Source of the DNA: Hydrurus foetidus
Lineage: Eukaryota
NCBI GenBank assembly: GCA_900617105.1
Contig: UYFQ01000305.1
Location: 1-35,766, forward strand
Reading direction: 5' to 3'
Length of the DNA: 35,766 bases
Shown here: positions 34,608-35,766 of the stretch, piece after piece
Numbering within the stretch: position 1 is the first letter of the stretch
How the letters are laid out: every line of letters starts with the position of its first letter
The notes under the pieces: model-generated
Database searches by the model: none
What the model was told of the DNA's origin: nothing
What the model saw: only the letters and a program-made list of their open reading frames with translations
Translations under genes and position numbers: made by a program

Positions 34608-34737
34608 ATATCGATATTTGGTCATTCACCAAAGTTACTTCCATCAAAGTTTCGTCAAAGTTCAATCCGAGAAAATTTTTTTCTCCTCCCTCTTTCCATC
34701 CGTCTCCTCCTCCAACTTTACCCGCAACGCCAACATT

Positions 34738-35766
34738 ATGGCAGTACGACGCCAGGAGAAGAAGACTAGCTCCATCAACGCCCTCCGACGACAGCAGCCT
34801 CGAGCTGTGGCCGTCGCTTTCCGCCAACGTCATGATGAGCATAACCAACGACGAGCAGATGCAGATTTTCCTGGGTCACCTGCGACTCAGGACCCCGCCG
34901 GCGACCTGTCTGCACCGATTCCTCAGCGGAATTCGGAGCCTGCGGTCATGTCTGCCATTGATGCCCCTGTCATTTCTGCATTGAACGCTTTGTCATTACA
35001 ACCAGCTTCGGCTGCGACACCAGCTTCGGCTGCGACACCAGCTTCAGCTGAGAATCCTATTCCAAGGACGATGGCACCACCCCAGCAATATGTGCAAACG
35101 GGTGAGAGAGCTCCTAAGTTGAGCGCCGTGCCCTCTCGTCAGGAAGTACTACGGGTAATGGAAGTTCTCCTTTCAAATGGAACTCCATTTAAACCAGTTG
35201 ACGTAGTCCATGTTTCCAACCATCAATCGTTTACAACGCTTCTCAAGCGTAAGTTTGCGACCGATCCCGATCGTCGCGACTCCTGTAACAATTGGAAACA
35301 TTGGTCGAATCAATTGTTCTGTAGAGAACTCAATCTCACAGTTCCTACATCAGCTGTCAATCGAACTGACAAGCTGAGTTTCATTGAAACTGTTTCTCAG
35401 GTCGCACTTCAATTCGACCTGAAGAATAAATCAGTGGAAGACAAGACAGATCAGCTTTTAGCTGATATTGTTGATGGATTCCCTGATGCAACACCCGCTC
35501 TCCAACTTCAGGCAACCAAAATTCTAATCGATAAGTTGCCTGTCGAACCTATCAATTGGAGAGCAGTGTTACAGCGTAGCCTTAACAATACAACGCCAAG
35601 ACTCATTACAATCGAAGACTTTCGATTCGTATGGCTTGCGCAGCTTGCTAAGCTACGAGAATCAATTGATGCCTTACGGTTCATTGATGTCTCTCCTTTG
35701 TATGGTGATAACTCTCGCCAAATCAAAGCTCCTGCTCGTTCCTCTCAGGACAAAATCAAAAAGCAA
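34738..35766 (+). CDS. Gag-like ORF of gypsy family 2 (partial, runs off the window)
   Basis: Frame open from ATG 34738 (MAVRRQEKK...) to the window end, so it is absent from the ORF track. Segment SFIETVSQVALQFDLKNKSVEDKT aligns by eye with family 1 gag TLAESFSQVPFHYQIANHDHENAT. Confidence 0.75.
   Translation, partial: MAVRRQEKKTSSINALRRQQPRAVAVAFRQRHDEHNQRRADADFPGSPATQDPAGDLSAPIPQRNSEPAVMSAIDAPVISALNALSLQPASAATPASAATPASAENPIPRTMAPPQQYVQTGERAPKLSAVPSRQEVLRVMEVLLSNGTPFKPVDVVHVSNHQSFTTLLKRKFATDPDRRDSCNNWKHWSNQLFCRELNLTVPTSAVNRTDKLSFIETVSQVALQFDLKNKSVEDKTDQLLADIVDGFPDATPALQLQATKILIDKLPVEPINWRAVLQRSLNNTTPRLITIEDFRFVWLAQLAKLRESIDALRFIDVSPLYGDNSRQIKAPARSSQDKIKKQ

Overview
Eukaryotic nuclear DNA, probably from a plastid-bearing, flagellated ochrophyte/stramenopile. 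This is inferred from signal peptide + 'AF' bipartite plastid presequences, short GT-AG introns and a TMEM231 gene. Bases 1-12052 are a nest of retroelements: a tyrosine-recombinase retrotransposon (Ngaro-like, split direct repeats B1-A2-B2) carries two insertions of the same chromodomain-bearing Ty3/gypsy family, one complete (5109-11875, identical 208-bp LTRs, CGGG TSD) and one whose LTR end opens the window. Bases 13.4-30 kb hold six intron-containing host genes: plastid class I aldolase, TMEM231, plastid phosphoglycerate mutase, ribosomal P1, a TMEM209-like gene and an ER cyclophilin. MITE-like elements lie at 27.4 and 30.3-31.4 kb. The right end is a Ty1/copia pol (- strand) interrupted by a second, diverged gypsy family. 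Most interesting: (i) both gypsy families lack a tRNA primer-binding site and instead carry a perfect 12-bp palindrome at the 5' LTR boundary (AATAGCGCTATT vs AATATCGATATT, differing by a compensatory base pair), suggesting a non-tRNA priming/dimerisation mechanism; (ii) candidate spliceosomal introns in the retroelements, one fusing RT-RNaseH in frame to the tyrosine recombinase and one that would produce a Gag-only mRNA.
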